Positions 1 to 9,619 are shown, counted from the first letter of the stretch. The stretch is 64,000 nt of DNA from an uncultured Gammaproteobacteria bacterium (GCA_964625535.1 CAZVEX010000002.1:85559-149558), one strand, 5' to 3'. The notes: a model not told the origin generated them from the letters alone. Program-made: numbers and translations.

Positions 1-1558
1 GATGGCGTATAGGAACTCTCTCGCTTAAAATGTAACCTTTATCGTCTCTTTGTACTGTTGCCTCGGTAATAAAATGCTCCTCCTCATCGTCGCCGGACAG
101 ATAAATTAATTCATCGCTCACCTTTGCCTTACCTTTTAACTGAATTACCTTTCTGTACGGAGTTTCCAAAAATCCGAATTCGTTAATTCTGGAAAAAAGG
201 GCCATATACGTTACCAAGCCGATATTTTGACCTTCGGGAGAACGAATCGGGTCGATCCGGCCGTACTGGGAATGATTGATGTCTCTAACTGAAAATGAGG
301 CCCTGTCTCTGGTGATACCACCCGCTCCCATTACGGATAACCTTCTTAAATGGTCCAATTCGGAAAGAGGATTTACCTGATCCAAAATGCTGGAAAGCTG
401 TGAGGAACGGAAAAACTCATTAACGGCGGCAATAACCGGTTTGGCATTAATTAAACCCCCGGGAGTAATCTCCTGATCTGCAGCTGTTAAGCTCATTCTT
501 TCTTTAATTATTCTCTCCAGCCTTAATATGCCAATACGAAGAGCATTTTGCTGGACCAGCTCACCCGCGCATCTAACCCTTCTGTTAGCCAAATGGTCAA
601 TATCGTCAAGTTTACCCTCCCCTTTACTTAGCCCGATCAGATATTTTAAAGTGGCAATGATATCAGTTTTGGTTAAAATCCAGTTTTCGGCGCTATTTTT
701 TAGATCCAAACCCAATCTTTTGTTGATCTTAAACCTGCCCACCTTGGTTAAATTGTATCTCCTGCTTTGAAAAAACATCCCGTCCAGGAGATCGCGGGCA
801 TTTTCTAAAACCACCGGATCTCCCGGTCTCATTTTTCTAAAAATTTCCAGCAAGGCTTCTTCCATAGTGGCAGTAGGATCTTTTTGCAGCGTAGCTTCAA
901 TAATCTTGTCTTCTCCTGTGTCAACATCGCTGAATTGATCTATAATTTCCTGCGAGGAGGCAAAGCCCAGGGCGCGAAGAAGGGTGGTAACGGCAAACTT
1001 TCTTCTTCTGTCAATCTTCGCAGTTAAAACGCCTGTTCTGGATATGGAAAACTCGAGCCACGAACCGCGATAGGGCCTGATCTCCGCCTGGTACAATCTT
1101 TTGCCGGTAATAGGATCATCCACTGCGGAGAAGAAAACTCCGGGAGAGCGAACCAGTTGATTAATAATAACCCGCTCCACCCCGTTGATAATGAAAGTGC
1201 CCTTTTCGGTCATCTGGGGAATATCTCCCAAAAAAACCTCCTGCTTAAATCTTTGACCCGTTTGTTTGTTTATTAAAATCGCCTCAATTCGCAGCGGAGC
1301 ATCAAAAGTCACTCCTTTTTCCTTAGCCTGTTCCGGAGTATATTTGGATTTTCCAAAAGAAAAGGACCCTAGCTCCAGGGTCCAATTTTTGCCGGTAAAA
1401 TCTTCTACCGGGGAAATTTCATTCAAAACTTCCCTAATGCCTTCACTCAAAAACCAGTTATATGAATCAAGTTGGAGTTTAATTAAATTAAGCTGCGGGG
1501 TAAAGGCAGACTGTTTGGTAAAATTTTTACGTTTATTTTCTTTAATATTTTCAGACAT
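1..1558 (-). CDS. rpoB: DNA-directed RNA polymerase beta subunit, N-terminal part (runs off the window start)
   Basis: Manual minus-strand translation from ATG at 1558 gives GDIPQMTEKGTFIINGVERVIINQLVRSPG, DDIDHLANRRVR, SSQLSSILDQVNPLSELDHLRRLS and SPEGQNIGLV. Absent from the ORF track because it is truncated. Confidence 0.97.
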   Translation of the reverse strand, partial: MSENIKENKRKNFTKQSAFTPQLNLIKLQLDSYNWFLSEGIREVLNEISPVEDFTGKNWTLELGSFSFGKSKYTPEQAKEKGVTFDAPLRIEAILINKQTGQRFKQEVFLGDIPQMTEKGTFIINGVERVIINQLVRSPGVFFSAVDDPITGKRLYQAEIRPYRGSWLEFSISRTGVLTAKIDRRRKFAVTTLLRALGFASSQEIIDQFSDVDTGEDKIIEATLQKDPTATMEEALLEIFRKMRPGDPVVLENARDLLDGMFFQSRRYNLTKVGRFKINKRLGLDLKNSAENWILTKTDIIATLKYLIGLSKGEGKLDDIDHLANRRVRCAGELVQQNALRIGILRLERIIKERMSLTAADQEITPGGLINAKPVIAAVNEFFRSSQLSSILDQVNPLSELDHLRRLSVMGAGGITRDRASFSVRDINHSQYGRIDPIRSPEGQNIGLVTYMALFSRINEFGFLETPYRKVIQLKGKAKVSDELIYLSGDDEEEHFITEATVQRDDKGYILSERVPIRH

Positions 1559-1654
1559 TTGTAGATGGCCAAACCGGACAGGTTTTTGTTACTATGATCA
1601 ACAAAAAGAAGCATACTTTCAGTACGCCTACTTAAAAAATATTTAATTGTCCTT

Positions 1655-1684
1655 AATTTACCACAAGATATAGTGCCCTGTCAA
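1655..1684 (-). promoter_or_regulatory. Putative sigma70 promoter of rpoB
   Basis: Minus strand reads TTGACA followed 17-18 nt later by TG-G-TAAATT, about 100 nt upstream of the rpoB ATG. Confidence 0.55.
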
Positions 1685-2091
1685 TACCTCACTATCTTAA
1701 TGGCATTTTGGGCTGCGTGTTTTGCTTCTTCCCGAAGATCCATTTTATCCAACTCTTTTAAAGAAAACCATCCGTATTCTTCTTCCATCCTGATATTTTC
1801 CGGATTTTTGGCAAAAGCAAAATAAATAAAATCTATGTGGCAATGGGCAGCTTCTTTCCCATATTTCGGGATTTTTTCTTCCTGAATGCAAAACTGGTTT
1901 ACTAAAGTAATTTCCAAATCTGTTTCTTCTTTAGCTTCCCTGAGAACTGCTTGCTTTGGATTTTCCCCTTTTTCAACATGCCCGCCCACCCCTATCCAAA
2001 TCCCCAGCTTTTTATGCTTGTGCAAAAGAACCCTAAATTCTCCGCCTATTTTGGAAACTATATAAGCAGTCGCAGCAAAATGTTTAATCAT
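1681..2091 (-). CDS. NUDIX hydrolase
   Basis: Nudix box GGHVEKGENPKQAVLREAKEETDL. Confidence 0.9.
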   Translation of the reverse strand: MIKHFAATAYIVSKIGGEFRVLLHKHKKLGIWIGVGGHVEKGENPKQAVLREAKEETDLEITLVNQFCIQEEKIPKYGKEAAHCHIDFIYFAFAKNPENIRMEEEYGWFSLKELDKMDLREEAKHAAQNAIKIVRY

Positions 2092-3044
2092 GGATTATTG
2101 GCTACATTCAGATTGTGTTCTTCCAGGGTTTTGGCATAGTAAGAATTGCCTTTGGAATCATGGTAATAATATAAATAGGGGGTATCGGGATCGGCGTTGG
2201 CCATGGCTTGCAGCGACGAAAGACCGGGATTGGCAATGGGGGCCGGAGGCAATCCTCTATACAAGTAGGTATTATAGGGAGAATCTATTTTTAAATCTTC
2301 TTTTGTCAGATGTCTTTTCCACCAGCTTTTTTCCTGACTCTGATAACCTAAAATATATTGCACTGTGGCATCGGCATTCAAACCCATATCAATTTTAAAT
2401 CTTTTAAGTAAAATTGATGCTATCTCGATTCTGGCTTTATCAGAACGGGCTTCTCTTTCTACAATGGACGCTAAAATAACCGCCTGGTTTTCTGTTAATC
2501 CCAAGGCTTTTACTTTAGAGCGAAGTTCCTGAGTAAATTTTTTTTCAAAATTATCCCGCATCATTTTGACAATTTGTTCTACAGTGACATCATTTGGGAA
2601 AAGGTAAGTATCCGGAAACATATATCCTTCTTTCGCATTCTTTAAAAATTCTGAGTTCGCAGTTCTTAATTCTGAATTTAGTCTATCTGCCATTTCCTCT
2701 ATTCTCCAACCCTCAATTAAAGTCACCCAAACTTCACTGGGTGTACCCGATAAAACTTTGACGATTTCGGGCGTTGACTGGGAAGGAGACAGTGTGAAAG
2801 TACCGGCAGATAGTCTGTTGGAAAAACCCTGCAATCTGGTGTACAAGGAAAAGATAAAAGCAGATTTAATTAGATTTTCTTTTTTAAGCTGATTGGCAAT
2901 CTCTGTTAAGCTTTTACCTTTGGCAATAATGACAGTTTTTGTTTGCGTATCTTTGCCAACCGGGCTAAGATTCATACTCCACCATCCTCTTATCACCATA
3001 AGCAGGATTAAAAAAATAGCAATTAGCGCAAACAATTTTCTCAT
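2088..3044 (-). CDS. mltG: Endolytic transglycosylase MltG (YceG family)
   Basis: N-terminal TM helix, EGYMFPDTY, ASIVEREA, SPYNTYLYRGLPPAPIANPG. Confidence 0.93.
   Translation of the reverse strand: MRKLFALIAIFLILLMVIRGWWSMNLSPVGKDTQTKTVIIAKGKSLTEIANQLKKENLIKSAFIFSLYTRLQGFSNRLSAGTFTLSPSQSTPEIVKVLSGTPSEVWVTLIEGWRIEEMADRLNSELRTANSEFLKNAKEGYMFPDTYLFPNDVTVEQIVKMMRDNFEKKFTQELRSKVKALGLTENQAVILASIVEREARSDKARIEIASILLKRFKIDMGLNADATVQYILGYQSQEKSWWKRHLTKEDLKIDSPYNTYLYRGLPPAPIANPGLSSLQAMANADPDTPYLYYYHDSKGNSYYAKTLEEHNLNVANNP
2644..2678. repeat. Degenerate 7-nt tandem tract (AATTCAG family) inside mltG
   Basis: Coding strand AATTCAG AATTAAG AACTGCG AACTCAG AATTTTT encodes NSELRTANSEF. Confidence 0.65.
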
Positions 3045-3415
3045 TTTGTATCCAAATAATCTTGTAAAATTATGGCAGCAGAGTAAGCGTCATTAACCAA
3101 TCTTTTTTTCCTGGGAACATTTAACTTGACCATTTGGGAAACGGCAATTTGCGAAGACAGCGTCTCGTCAGCTTCCGCTACCTCAAAACCCGAAGCTCTA
3201 AGTAACTTAACCAATCTTTTGACCAATTTGGCCATCTTACCCTCCGGTAATCCTACTACAATCTTATCAAACAAAGAAGCTTCTTTTTGTAATTGTTGTA
3301 ACAGGTTATAAAAGCTGGAACCTTCTATTACTTTCCAGGGAGAAGCAATTGTACCTTCCGAACGGGCCAGACCTATTCTTTTTAATCCAAAATCCACTCC
3401 GAGATATTTCATCAC
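3041..3415 (-). CDS. ruvX: YqgF/RuvX pre-16S rRNA nuclease
   Basis: LGVDFGLKRIGLA, VVGLP, DETLSS, DAYSAAIILQDYLD. Confidence 0.92.
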   Translation of the reverse strand: MMKYLGVDFGLKRIGLARSEGTIASPWKVIEGSSFYNLLQQLQKEASLFDKIVVGLPEGKMAKLVKRLVKLLRASGFEVAEADETLSSQIAVSQMVKLNVPRKKRLVNDAYSAAIILQDYLDTK

Positions 3416-4056
3416 AACATTTTACCCAAAACAATTAATCTTTTTAAGTTTAACCCCGGCGGCACGCAAGTCATTAAGGAGATGTATCTACCCAAGTTAT
3501 CCGGTGGAGATATTACCGACAGATCTGTTGGGTCAACTACTTTTAATTCCACAACTTTATAGTAAAATTTTACCCCATTTGCCTCTACTATAATTTGATC
3601 GCCTTTTTTCATATTGGCAAGTGTGGCAAAAGGAGCCGTTTTAAAACTAAATAAGGTAGAAAGAGCCGAATGACCGGAAATAAAAACATTGCCCTTTTCC
3701 CCGGGCAGAGCAGATCCGGGCAGGTGAACCAGTCCTGCCTGTAAATCGTTGCTGTCTACTTTAACCGCCAGATTTTCCATCTTGATGGCAGGTACTGTTA
3801 AACGAAATTCCGAGTAGATGGAGATGGTCTCCCTTTTAAGATCCGAAACAAAACTTGGGAAATTATTTTGGTTCTTGATAGAGATCCCCAAAACCTCTCT
3901 GTCCTGCTGCTGTCTTGGGCTGATTAATATTTGCCCGGAATATTTTTGGCCGATTTGCCAAAACTCAAAAGTCGCCAGGGGTAAAATTACCTGGATTAAA
4001 ATAAAGATCCCCACAGTTAAAAAGCCCAGTGATAAAAATTTGCCGGCGGTTATCAT
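3412..4056 (-). CDS. Sortase family protein
   Basis: N-terminal TM helix, GNVFISGHS (His), LMTC (Cys) and downstream Arg (KRLIV). Confidence 0.88.
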   Translation of the reverse strand: MITAGKFLSLGFLTVGIFILIQVILPLATFEFWQIGQKYSGQILISPRQQQDREVLGISIKNQNNFPSFVSDLKRETISIYSEFRLTVPAIKMENLAVKVDSNDLQAGLVHLPGSALPGEKGNVFISGHSALSTLFSFKTAPFATLANMKKGDQIIVEANGVKFYYKVVELKVVDPTDLSVISPPDNLGRYISLMTCVPPGLNLKRLIVLGKML

Positions 4057-6215
4057 TTGAGTCCCACTTCAATTTTAATGTTTCTTTCTAAGATCGGCAC
4101 TCTAGCCAGAAAACCGGGTAAGGCGGGAACGAGTTTAATTTCAGAACCTAAAACATTCTCATAGCTTTTTAAAATTTCCCCAACTTTGGCCACACTCCTA
4201 CCCGCAATCTTACTCTTAATTTCCCCTTCATCTATTTGCGGCATCAGTTTAGCTTTGAAACGAGCTAAAAATATTAGCTTACCGTCTTTTTCCAGCTTGG
4301 AAACATCAGTTTGAGTTTCAGTGCTTGCCAAATCCAACTGATAGCCTTCCGGAACTTGGGTAGTCACCAGTTTACCCACAATTTGTTTTAAATCTTTTTC
4401 TTCAAAAGCAGTGCCTTTAAACTTGATTGTTAAATCTAGCGAAAACTCACCTGCCTGATCATTGATGTTTTTGTTATAGCTTTTCTTGACAATCTCTTCT
4501 GTCAGCGCCTCTTCCAAAATTTTTTTGCCTGGCAGTTTTTCCTGTAGCTTTTGCTTTGCTTGTCTGCGAAGATCAGAAGCTAAACTGGCCAATAATCTTT
4601 TTTGGTCCGCTTCAGATACCACTGTCACCTCTTTTGAGGTACCGCCTGAAAAATTCCCCTCTGCCACAATTGCCACTCCGGAATTGGCAGAACTAAATTG
4701 AGTTCCGGAAGCAAGATTTCCATCAGCTCCAGCTACAACCGCTGTAACAGAAGCCGTTGCAGTAGCTTTGGTATCGGCAGTGGCCGATGTAGACGCTATA
4801 TTTATTGTTGTATCAAGTGTAAATTTCAAACCGTTTGATGAAATCGCAGTTCCTTTTGAAAGTGTTTGCGCATCAGCACTATTGTTGATTATTTTAACTG
4901 TCCCTTTTGCCGAATCTCCTACTGTTTTTTTGCCGCTTGAGAGATCCTTGGAGGATCCGGATACTTCTGTTTCTATAGACTGGCCGGGGATTATTTTACT
5001 TTCTTCGTTAACTGCAGAAACTGCAGGATCGGCCACTACTTGAGTATCTTTTTCCAAAACTTTTGGCTCAACGAAAATTTTAACCTCTGCCCTAGGCAAA
5101 AATAGATAAATTAAAATCAAGGCCGCCGCCAAAGTAGCGGGGATTAATAAGCGTCTGCTTTTAAGTCTTAACTTTGGAATAAATCTCCTCCCTGTTCCTG
5201 CATTTGGTTCAAAATCCTCCTGTTCCACCACGGCCAGCGACTGCGCCGGTTCGCTTTCCTCGTTTGCCGGCATTTCCTCCTCTTCTTGTTTGGATACATC
5301 ACCTACTATAAATCCCAGATTTCCCCCCACCGATCTTTCGATCTGTTCCTCTCCCAGTTCTTCTATATGTTCTTTAGAAATCTCTGCGGGTTCTTCAGGT
5401 GCCTCCTTAGGCATTTTTGTCACCACTTCTTTCTTAGTTTCCTGAACAGTTGGTACATAATAAACCTCGCTTTGAATTTCCGAAGCTCCGGCCAGACAAA
5501 TGCTTTTGACAACCACTTCATCTTCCAGAGTTTCGATTTTAGGAAAATGCAGGAAAGATAGTTTGCTCATCCAGGTAAAAGACAAAAGATGGGCTTTCAG
5601 CTTTTCCAGTTCATCTTGATCCTCTCCATAAATCAGGATCTTGGAGGGTAGGGTTTCCACATCTATAAACTGCAGTAGGGCCTTCTCAATATCCGCTCCG
5701 CTATTTTCGCCTCTTTCCACCACTTTGGTGCCATCCAGTTTGCCCGCTCTTGCCACAGTTACTTCCAGGTATTTTGCATCAAAACCCACCAGGATGGCAG
5801 TAGTAGGCACACCTTCCTTTTTTTCCAAAAAATGCAAAAGGGCGTGGGAAGTGGCCACGTAGGCCATTGGTTCAAGTTCCAATTCTTTGACAATATTTCT
5901 AAGCAGTTTTAAGTATTCTTCTCTCAAATCCTCGTCCTGAAGAAAGTGACCCGGCACGCCGAATAAAATCTTTTTCGGTTCTACTGCTGCTTCGCCTAAA
6001 ACTTCATCCAGCAGTTTATCCGTTACCCCTACTATCCCCGCGTTGGAAGAGTAATTATCAGATGCTGTGGATAAAATTTTAAGTTCTTTATCTTCAATAC
6101 TCCACAAAGCGGCAGTGAGCTGTTCCTGGCCAATGTTCAAGGCAAAAAAGTATTCTGGTACAATTTCTTTTTTGCCAAAGGGTATGAGGGCAGTGAGTCT
6201 TTGGAAGACACTCAT
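4053..6215 (-). CDS. Membrane protein with actin/FtsA-PilM-like N-terminus, central TM helix and baseplate-J-like C-terminal region
   Basis: N-terminal beta-strand pattern FFALNIGQEQLTAALW, acidic linker, TM LLIPATLAAALILIYLFLP, then AKGTVKIIN...VTAVVAGADGNL...FSGGTSKEVTVVSEADQ, resembling baseplate-J-like proteins of CPR. Confidence 0.6.
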   Translation of the reverse strand: MSVFQRLTALIPFGKKEIVPEYFFALNIGQEQLTAALWSIEDKELKILSTASDNYSSNAGIVGVTDKLLDEVLGEAAVEPKKILFGVPGHFLQDEDLREEYLKLLRNIVKELELEPMAYVATSHALLHFLEKKEGVPTTAILVGFDAKYLEVTVARAGKLDGTKVVERGENSGADIEKALLQFIDVETLPSKILIYGEDQDELEKLKAHLLSFTWMSKLSFLHFPKIETLEDEVVVKSICLAGASEIQSEVYYVPTVQETKKEVVTKMPKEAPEEPAEISKEHIEELGEEQIERSVGGNLGFIVGDVSKQEEEEMPANEESEPAQSLAVVEQEDFEPNAGTGRRFIPKLRLKSRRLLIPATLAAALILIYLFLPRAEVKIFVEPKVLEKDTQVVADPAVSAVNEESKIIPGQSIETEVSGSSKDLSSGKKTVGDSAKGTVKIINNSADAQTLSKGTAISSNGLKFTLDTTINIASTSATADTKATATASVTAVVAGADGNLASGTQFSSANSGVAIVAEGNFSGGTSKEVTVVSEADQKRLLASLASDLRRQAKQKLQEKLPGKKILEEALTEEIVKKSYNKNINDQAGEFSLDLTIKFKGTAFEEKDLKQIVGKLVTTQVPEGYQLDLASTETQTDVSKLEKDGKLIFLARFKAKLMPQIDEGEIKSKIAGRSVAKVGEILKSYENVLGSEIKLVPALPGFLARVPILERNIKIEVGLK

Positions 6216-8083
6216 AAGGCTATCTTAGCATAAATGCGTCTTATGCCGAAAGATACGGCTTCTTCTTTAGTAATTTCGATTTGACCGATTACTCCGGTAT
6301 GCTCAACATGAGGACCGCCGCAAAATTCCAAAGAATAATATCCTCCTCTATCCCGCTGATCTTTTGCCTCTGGATCCAGCTTAAACTGTGGCCCAACTCC
6401 ATAAATACTAACTTTATCTGCATACTTTTCATCAAATAAACCAATAGCGTTCATTTGCTTTGCCTGATCTAATGGAATATTCATATGGTCAACTTTCAAA
6501 TCATCTTTTATTCTTTGATTAACCAAGTCTTCGGTTTTTTTTATTTCCTCATCTGTCATTTTTCGATCAAAAGAAAAATCAAAACGAAGCCGCTCGGCTG
6601 TAATATTAGATCCTTTTTGAAAAACCGCCGGGCCTAAAACATCCCTCAAGGCCTGATGCAAAAGATGAGTAGCAGTATGGTATTTAATTTCAGTTTCAGA
6701 ATGTCCAGCTAAACCACCTTTAAAAACTCCTTTAAGCGTAGGTCTTGATACCTCTTGATGTTTTTTAAATTCTTCATCGTATTCATCCTGATTAAATTCA
6801 TATCCTTGTGCTCGCAATTGCTCAGGTGAAAACCCATGTGTTGAATAAAGATCGAAAGCTCTCTTTCCAGGAATTTGCTTTTCAGGTGGTAAAGTAGTTG
6901 TAGTTGTTGTAATTAAATTTTGATAAGAATCAATTTCATTTTTTGTTACATTCACTATGTAACTTTCTTTTTCTCCCAGATATTTATAGCTTTCTTCTTC
7001 TGAATATATTTGGATAATTTCCTTTATTGCACTTTGAATAATTTTCCAGCTTTCATACGGATTTGATGGGTGAGAACTTGTTGTTGTAGTATTTGTATCT
7101 GAAGAAGTTGCCGTGCTTGTCGTAGAAGAACCTGTGATAGAAATCTTATCATATATATTTTTTATCAATCTTCTTAGCACAGAACCTCTTTTATCTTTAG
7201 AATCTGGGTCTATCCCTTCAGCTATCAGAAAAACTGCTGCTTTTAAATGATCTGCAATGATTCTTTCAGATTTTTTGCTATATTTATTTGATGATTTTCT
7301 AATTTCTTCAATTATTGGCAAAAATAAATCAGTTTCATAGTCATTATCTTTTCCATTCAAAACTGCCAAAGTTCTTTCCAAACCCATTCCTGTATCAACA
7401 TTTTTCTGCGGTAATTCCTCTAAAGTGCCGTCTTCCTTTCTGTTAAATTCCATAAACACATCATTCCAAACCTCTATCCATTTTGGATTTTTGGGATCAA
7501 ATTCTTCTGGAACTTGACCTTGCCCTGTCCAAATAAACATTTCAGTATCTGGACCGCATGGTCCAAAAGAAGAAGGGTTAGTTGGCCACCAATTTGCTTC
7601 TTTTCCTAGATATGCAATTTTCTTCTCCGGAATACCTAAACTTTTCCATTTATTAGCAGATTCTTCATCTTTTGGTGTATCTTTATCTCCGGCAAAAACA
7701 GAAATCGCTAACTTTTCTATAGGAACTTTCAATTCTTCTGTTAAGAATTTAAACGATAGTTCTATTGCTTCATCTTTCCAATAATCCCCTAACGACCAAT
7801 TGCCTAGCATCTCAAAAAAAGTATGATGAGTTGCATCTCCAACTTGTTCAATATCGTCTGTCCTTAAACATTTTTGAACATCTGCTAATCTTTTCCCTTT
7901 AGGATGAGGTTTACCCATCAGATAAGGAATGAGCGGTTGCATTCCAGCACTGGTAAACAAAACCCTTTCTTTACCAGCTAATTGTTCCTCTTCTGAAGGT
8001 ACCAGTGAAGCTGATGGAATAATTACATGATCATTTTTCTCAAAAAAATCTAAAAACTTTTTTCTTAATGTTTTAGAATCCAT
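6212..8083 (-). CDS. alaS: Alanine--tRNA ligase, short form without C-Ala domain
   Basis: LFTSAGMQP, QKCLRTDD, HHTFFEMLGNWSLGDY, NVDTGMGLER; editing motifs HTATHLL and EFCGGPHV. Confidence 0.96.
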   Translation of the reverse strand: MDSKTLRKKFLDFFEKNDHVIIPSASLVPSEEEQLAGKERVLFTSAGMQPLIPYLMGKPHPKGKRLADVQKCLRTDDIEQVGDATHHTFFEMLGNWSLGDYWKDEAIELSFKFLTEELKVPIEKLAISVFAGDKDTPKDEESANKWKSLGIPEKKIAYLGKEANWWPTNPSSFGPCGPDTEMFIWTGQGQVPEEFDPKNPKWIEVWNDVFMEFNRKEDGTLEELPQKNVDTGMGLERTLAVLNGKDNDYETDLFLPIIEEIRKSSNKYSKKSERIIADHLKAAVFLIAEGIDPDSKDKRGSVLRRLIKNIYDKISITGSSTTSTATSSDTNTTTTSSHPSNPYESWKIIQSAIKEIIQIYSEEESYKYLGEKESYIVNVTKNEIDSYQNLITTTTTTLPPEKQIPGKRAFDLYSTHGFSPEQLRAQGYEFNQDEYDEEFKKHQEVSRPTLKGVFKGGLAGHSETEIKYHTATHLLHQALRDVLGPAVFQKGSNITAERLRFDFSFDRKMTDEEIKKTEDLVNQRIKDDLKVDHMNIPLDQAKQMNAIGLFDEKYADKVSIYGVGPQFKLDPEAKDQRDRGGYYSLEFCGGPHVEHTGVIGQIEITKEEAVSFGIRRIYAKIAL

Positions 8084-8100
8084 GAAGCCAGTATAACCGA

Positions 8101-8361
8101 TTAAAGAACCTTTTTGTAGAATCTTTTGGATTTTGGTTTGGCCTTGGCCCCTTTTCCCAAAGCAGTCATCAGGGTTGATGCCGCTGCCACTGGTTTTTCA
8201 ATATCTTTGGCAATCTCCTCACTTGTTTCCAAAACTTTATTGAGCCTTTTTAGGGCCAGGTGTAAATCACGCAAAATAAAAAAAACCTGAATGCCGGTAA
8301 AAGTTAAAAATGAAGCTAAAAGCAATATTAAAAAAATTAAAGCAATTTGCAACAAATCCAT
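8101..8361 (-). CDS. Small membrane protein (TM helix plus coiled coil, DUF948-like)
   Basis: Hydrophobic N-terminus, amphipathic helix, basic tail. Confidence 0.6.
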   Translation of the reverse strand: MDLLQIALIFLILLLASFLTFTGIQVFFILRDLHLALKRLNKVLETSEEIAKDIEKPVAAASTLMTALGKGAKAKPKSKRFYKKVL

Positions 8362-8374
8362 GGGGTAAACTATA

Positions 8375-9016
8375 TCATAATTTCTTCAAAAACACATTTC
8401 TTTCAATTTTTGAAACTTTGCCGCTCGGTGAAGTGGCGGATACAACAATGGCGTTGCTGCCTTCTGTCAAATTAATTTCCTGGGCAAATTTACCGTCAAT
8501 ACCGGCTTGAATTTCCTGATTGTTAATGCTCACTTTAGCCTCGGGATCAGTCCTGCCGGAAACTAAGATAGTAGATGTTTCAACACCAATTTGATTAACA
8601 GGTTGCGTCACTTCCAAAAACGGCGCACCGGTTAAAAAACGGTATTCAAACCAAAGATAGACAAAAAAGACGGCAATCATTGAAAGAACCGTTAGTCCCA
8701 CAAATTTGGCCGGGGTGAGAGCAAATTTTTTTCTATCCAAAGGGTTACTAAAAGATTCTAAAATTCTGGGAGGATTTTTCCCTTCGGAAAATTCCCGGCG
8801 GTAAATTGCCAGAAGCTTATTGGTTTCTAACCCTAAGAAACGGCCATAATTTTTGATAAAACCCCTAACAAAAGTGGGGGGAGGAAGTTTTGAATATTGA
8901 TCTTTTTCTAAAGCTTCAAGTAATTCTCTTCTTATTTTTGTAGCTTTTTCAATCTCATCGAGAGTATAAAACTTCCTCTCTCGTTCCTCTTTTAAAATCT
9001 GTCCTGCAGTTCTCAT
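8375..9016 (-). CDS. RodZ-like HTH membrane protein with C-terminal Ig-like domain
   Basis: HTH N-terminus (GQILKEERE...LEALE...LPPPTFVRGFIKNYGRFLGL), TM helix, beta-rich C-terminus. Confidence 0.82.
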   Translation of the reverse strand: MRTAGQILKEERERKFYTLDEIEKATKIRRELLEALEKDQYSKLPPPTFVRGFIKNYGRFLGLETNKLLAIYRREFSEGKNPPRILESFSNPLDRKKFALTPAKFVGLTVLSMIAVFFVYLWFEYRFLTGAPFLEVTQPVNQIGVETSTILVSGRTDPEAKVSINNQEIQAGIDGKFAQEINLTEGSNAIVVSATSPSGKVSKIERNVFLKKL

Positions 9017-9082
9017 GCAATTTAGGATTGTACCAAAAATAACCAGTTGACATAAAGCTGCTAACTTTTTAATATACAGCTA

Positions 9083-9619
9083 ATGCCTGATGCTGCTGAA
9101 ATTACAACACAAAATCACCCCCCTCCTCCACCAAGCGGAGATCCTCAAAAGGCGGCCAAATATGTTGACCAATTAATTGCTTTCATAGAAGAAGATAAAT
9201 TAACTATCCATCATACGGATTTGGGCATGTTTGATCCTTCGCCGCTGCAGGACCATTTTAGAATAGACCTGGAAGAATATCAGGTGGAGATCAGCCACAG
9301 CAAACATCCACAGTCAGGTAAAGATTCTTATGTAATGCTATTTACCAATTTGAAAAATGTGGCAGATGGCAACTGCGAAAAGATCATTTTAGCTTACATG
9401 CATTTGGACGACAGTCAATTTATGCATTTAAGGAATGCATATACGGAACAGGTTGACAGAAAGAGGAAAGCGGAAGAGGAAAAAAGGTTAAAAGATGCTC
9501 TACTGCCAATAGATCAGGCTTTGGAAAACATTAGTCCTGGACGTAAAACTTTTACTCCTGCATCAGAAAGCACTATTAATGCAGACGGTTTGGATATTAT
9601 TTCCCCGCCATCAATGTAA
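9083..9619 (+). CDS. Hypothetical protein
   Basis: 178-aa ORF with an upstream TTGACA...TAATAT promoter-like sequence. Its 3' end overlaps tsaC. Confidence 0.6.
   Translation: MPDAAEITTQNHPPPPPSGDPQKAAKYVDQLIAFIEEDKLTIHHTDLGMFDPSPLQDHFRIDLEEYQVEISHSKHPQSGKDSYVMLFTNLKNVADGNCEKIILAYMHLDDSQFMHLRNAYTEQVDRKRKAEEEKRLKDALLPIDQALENISPGRKTFTPASESTINADGLDIISPPSM

Noticed and set aside
528-1646. Plus-strand ORFs 528..770 and 1266..1646, and similar short antisense ORFs throughout the track
   Set aside because: They are shadows of well-supported genes on the opposite strand, with no recognisable motifs.
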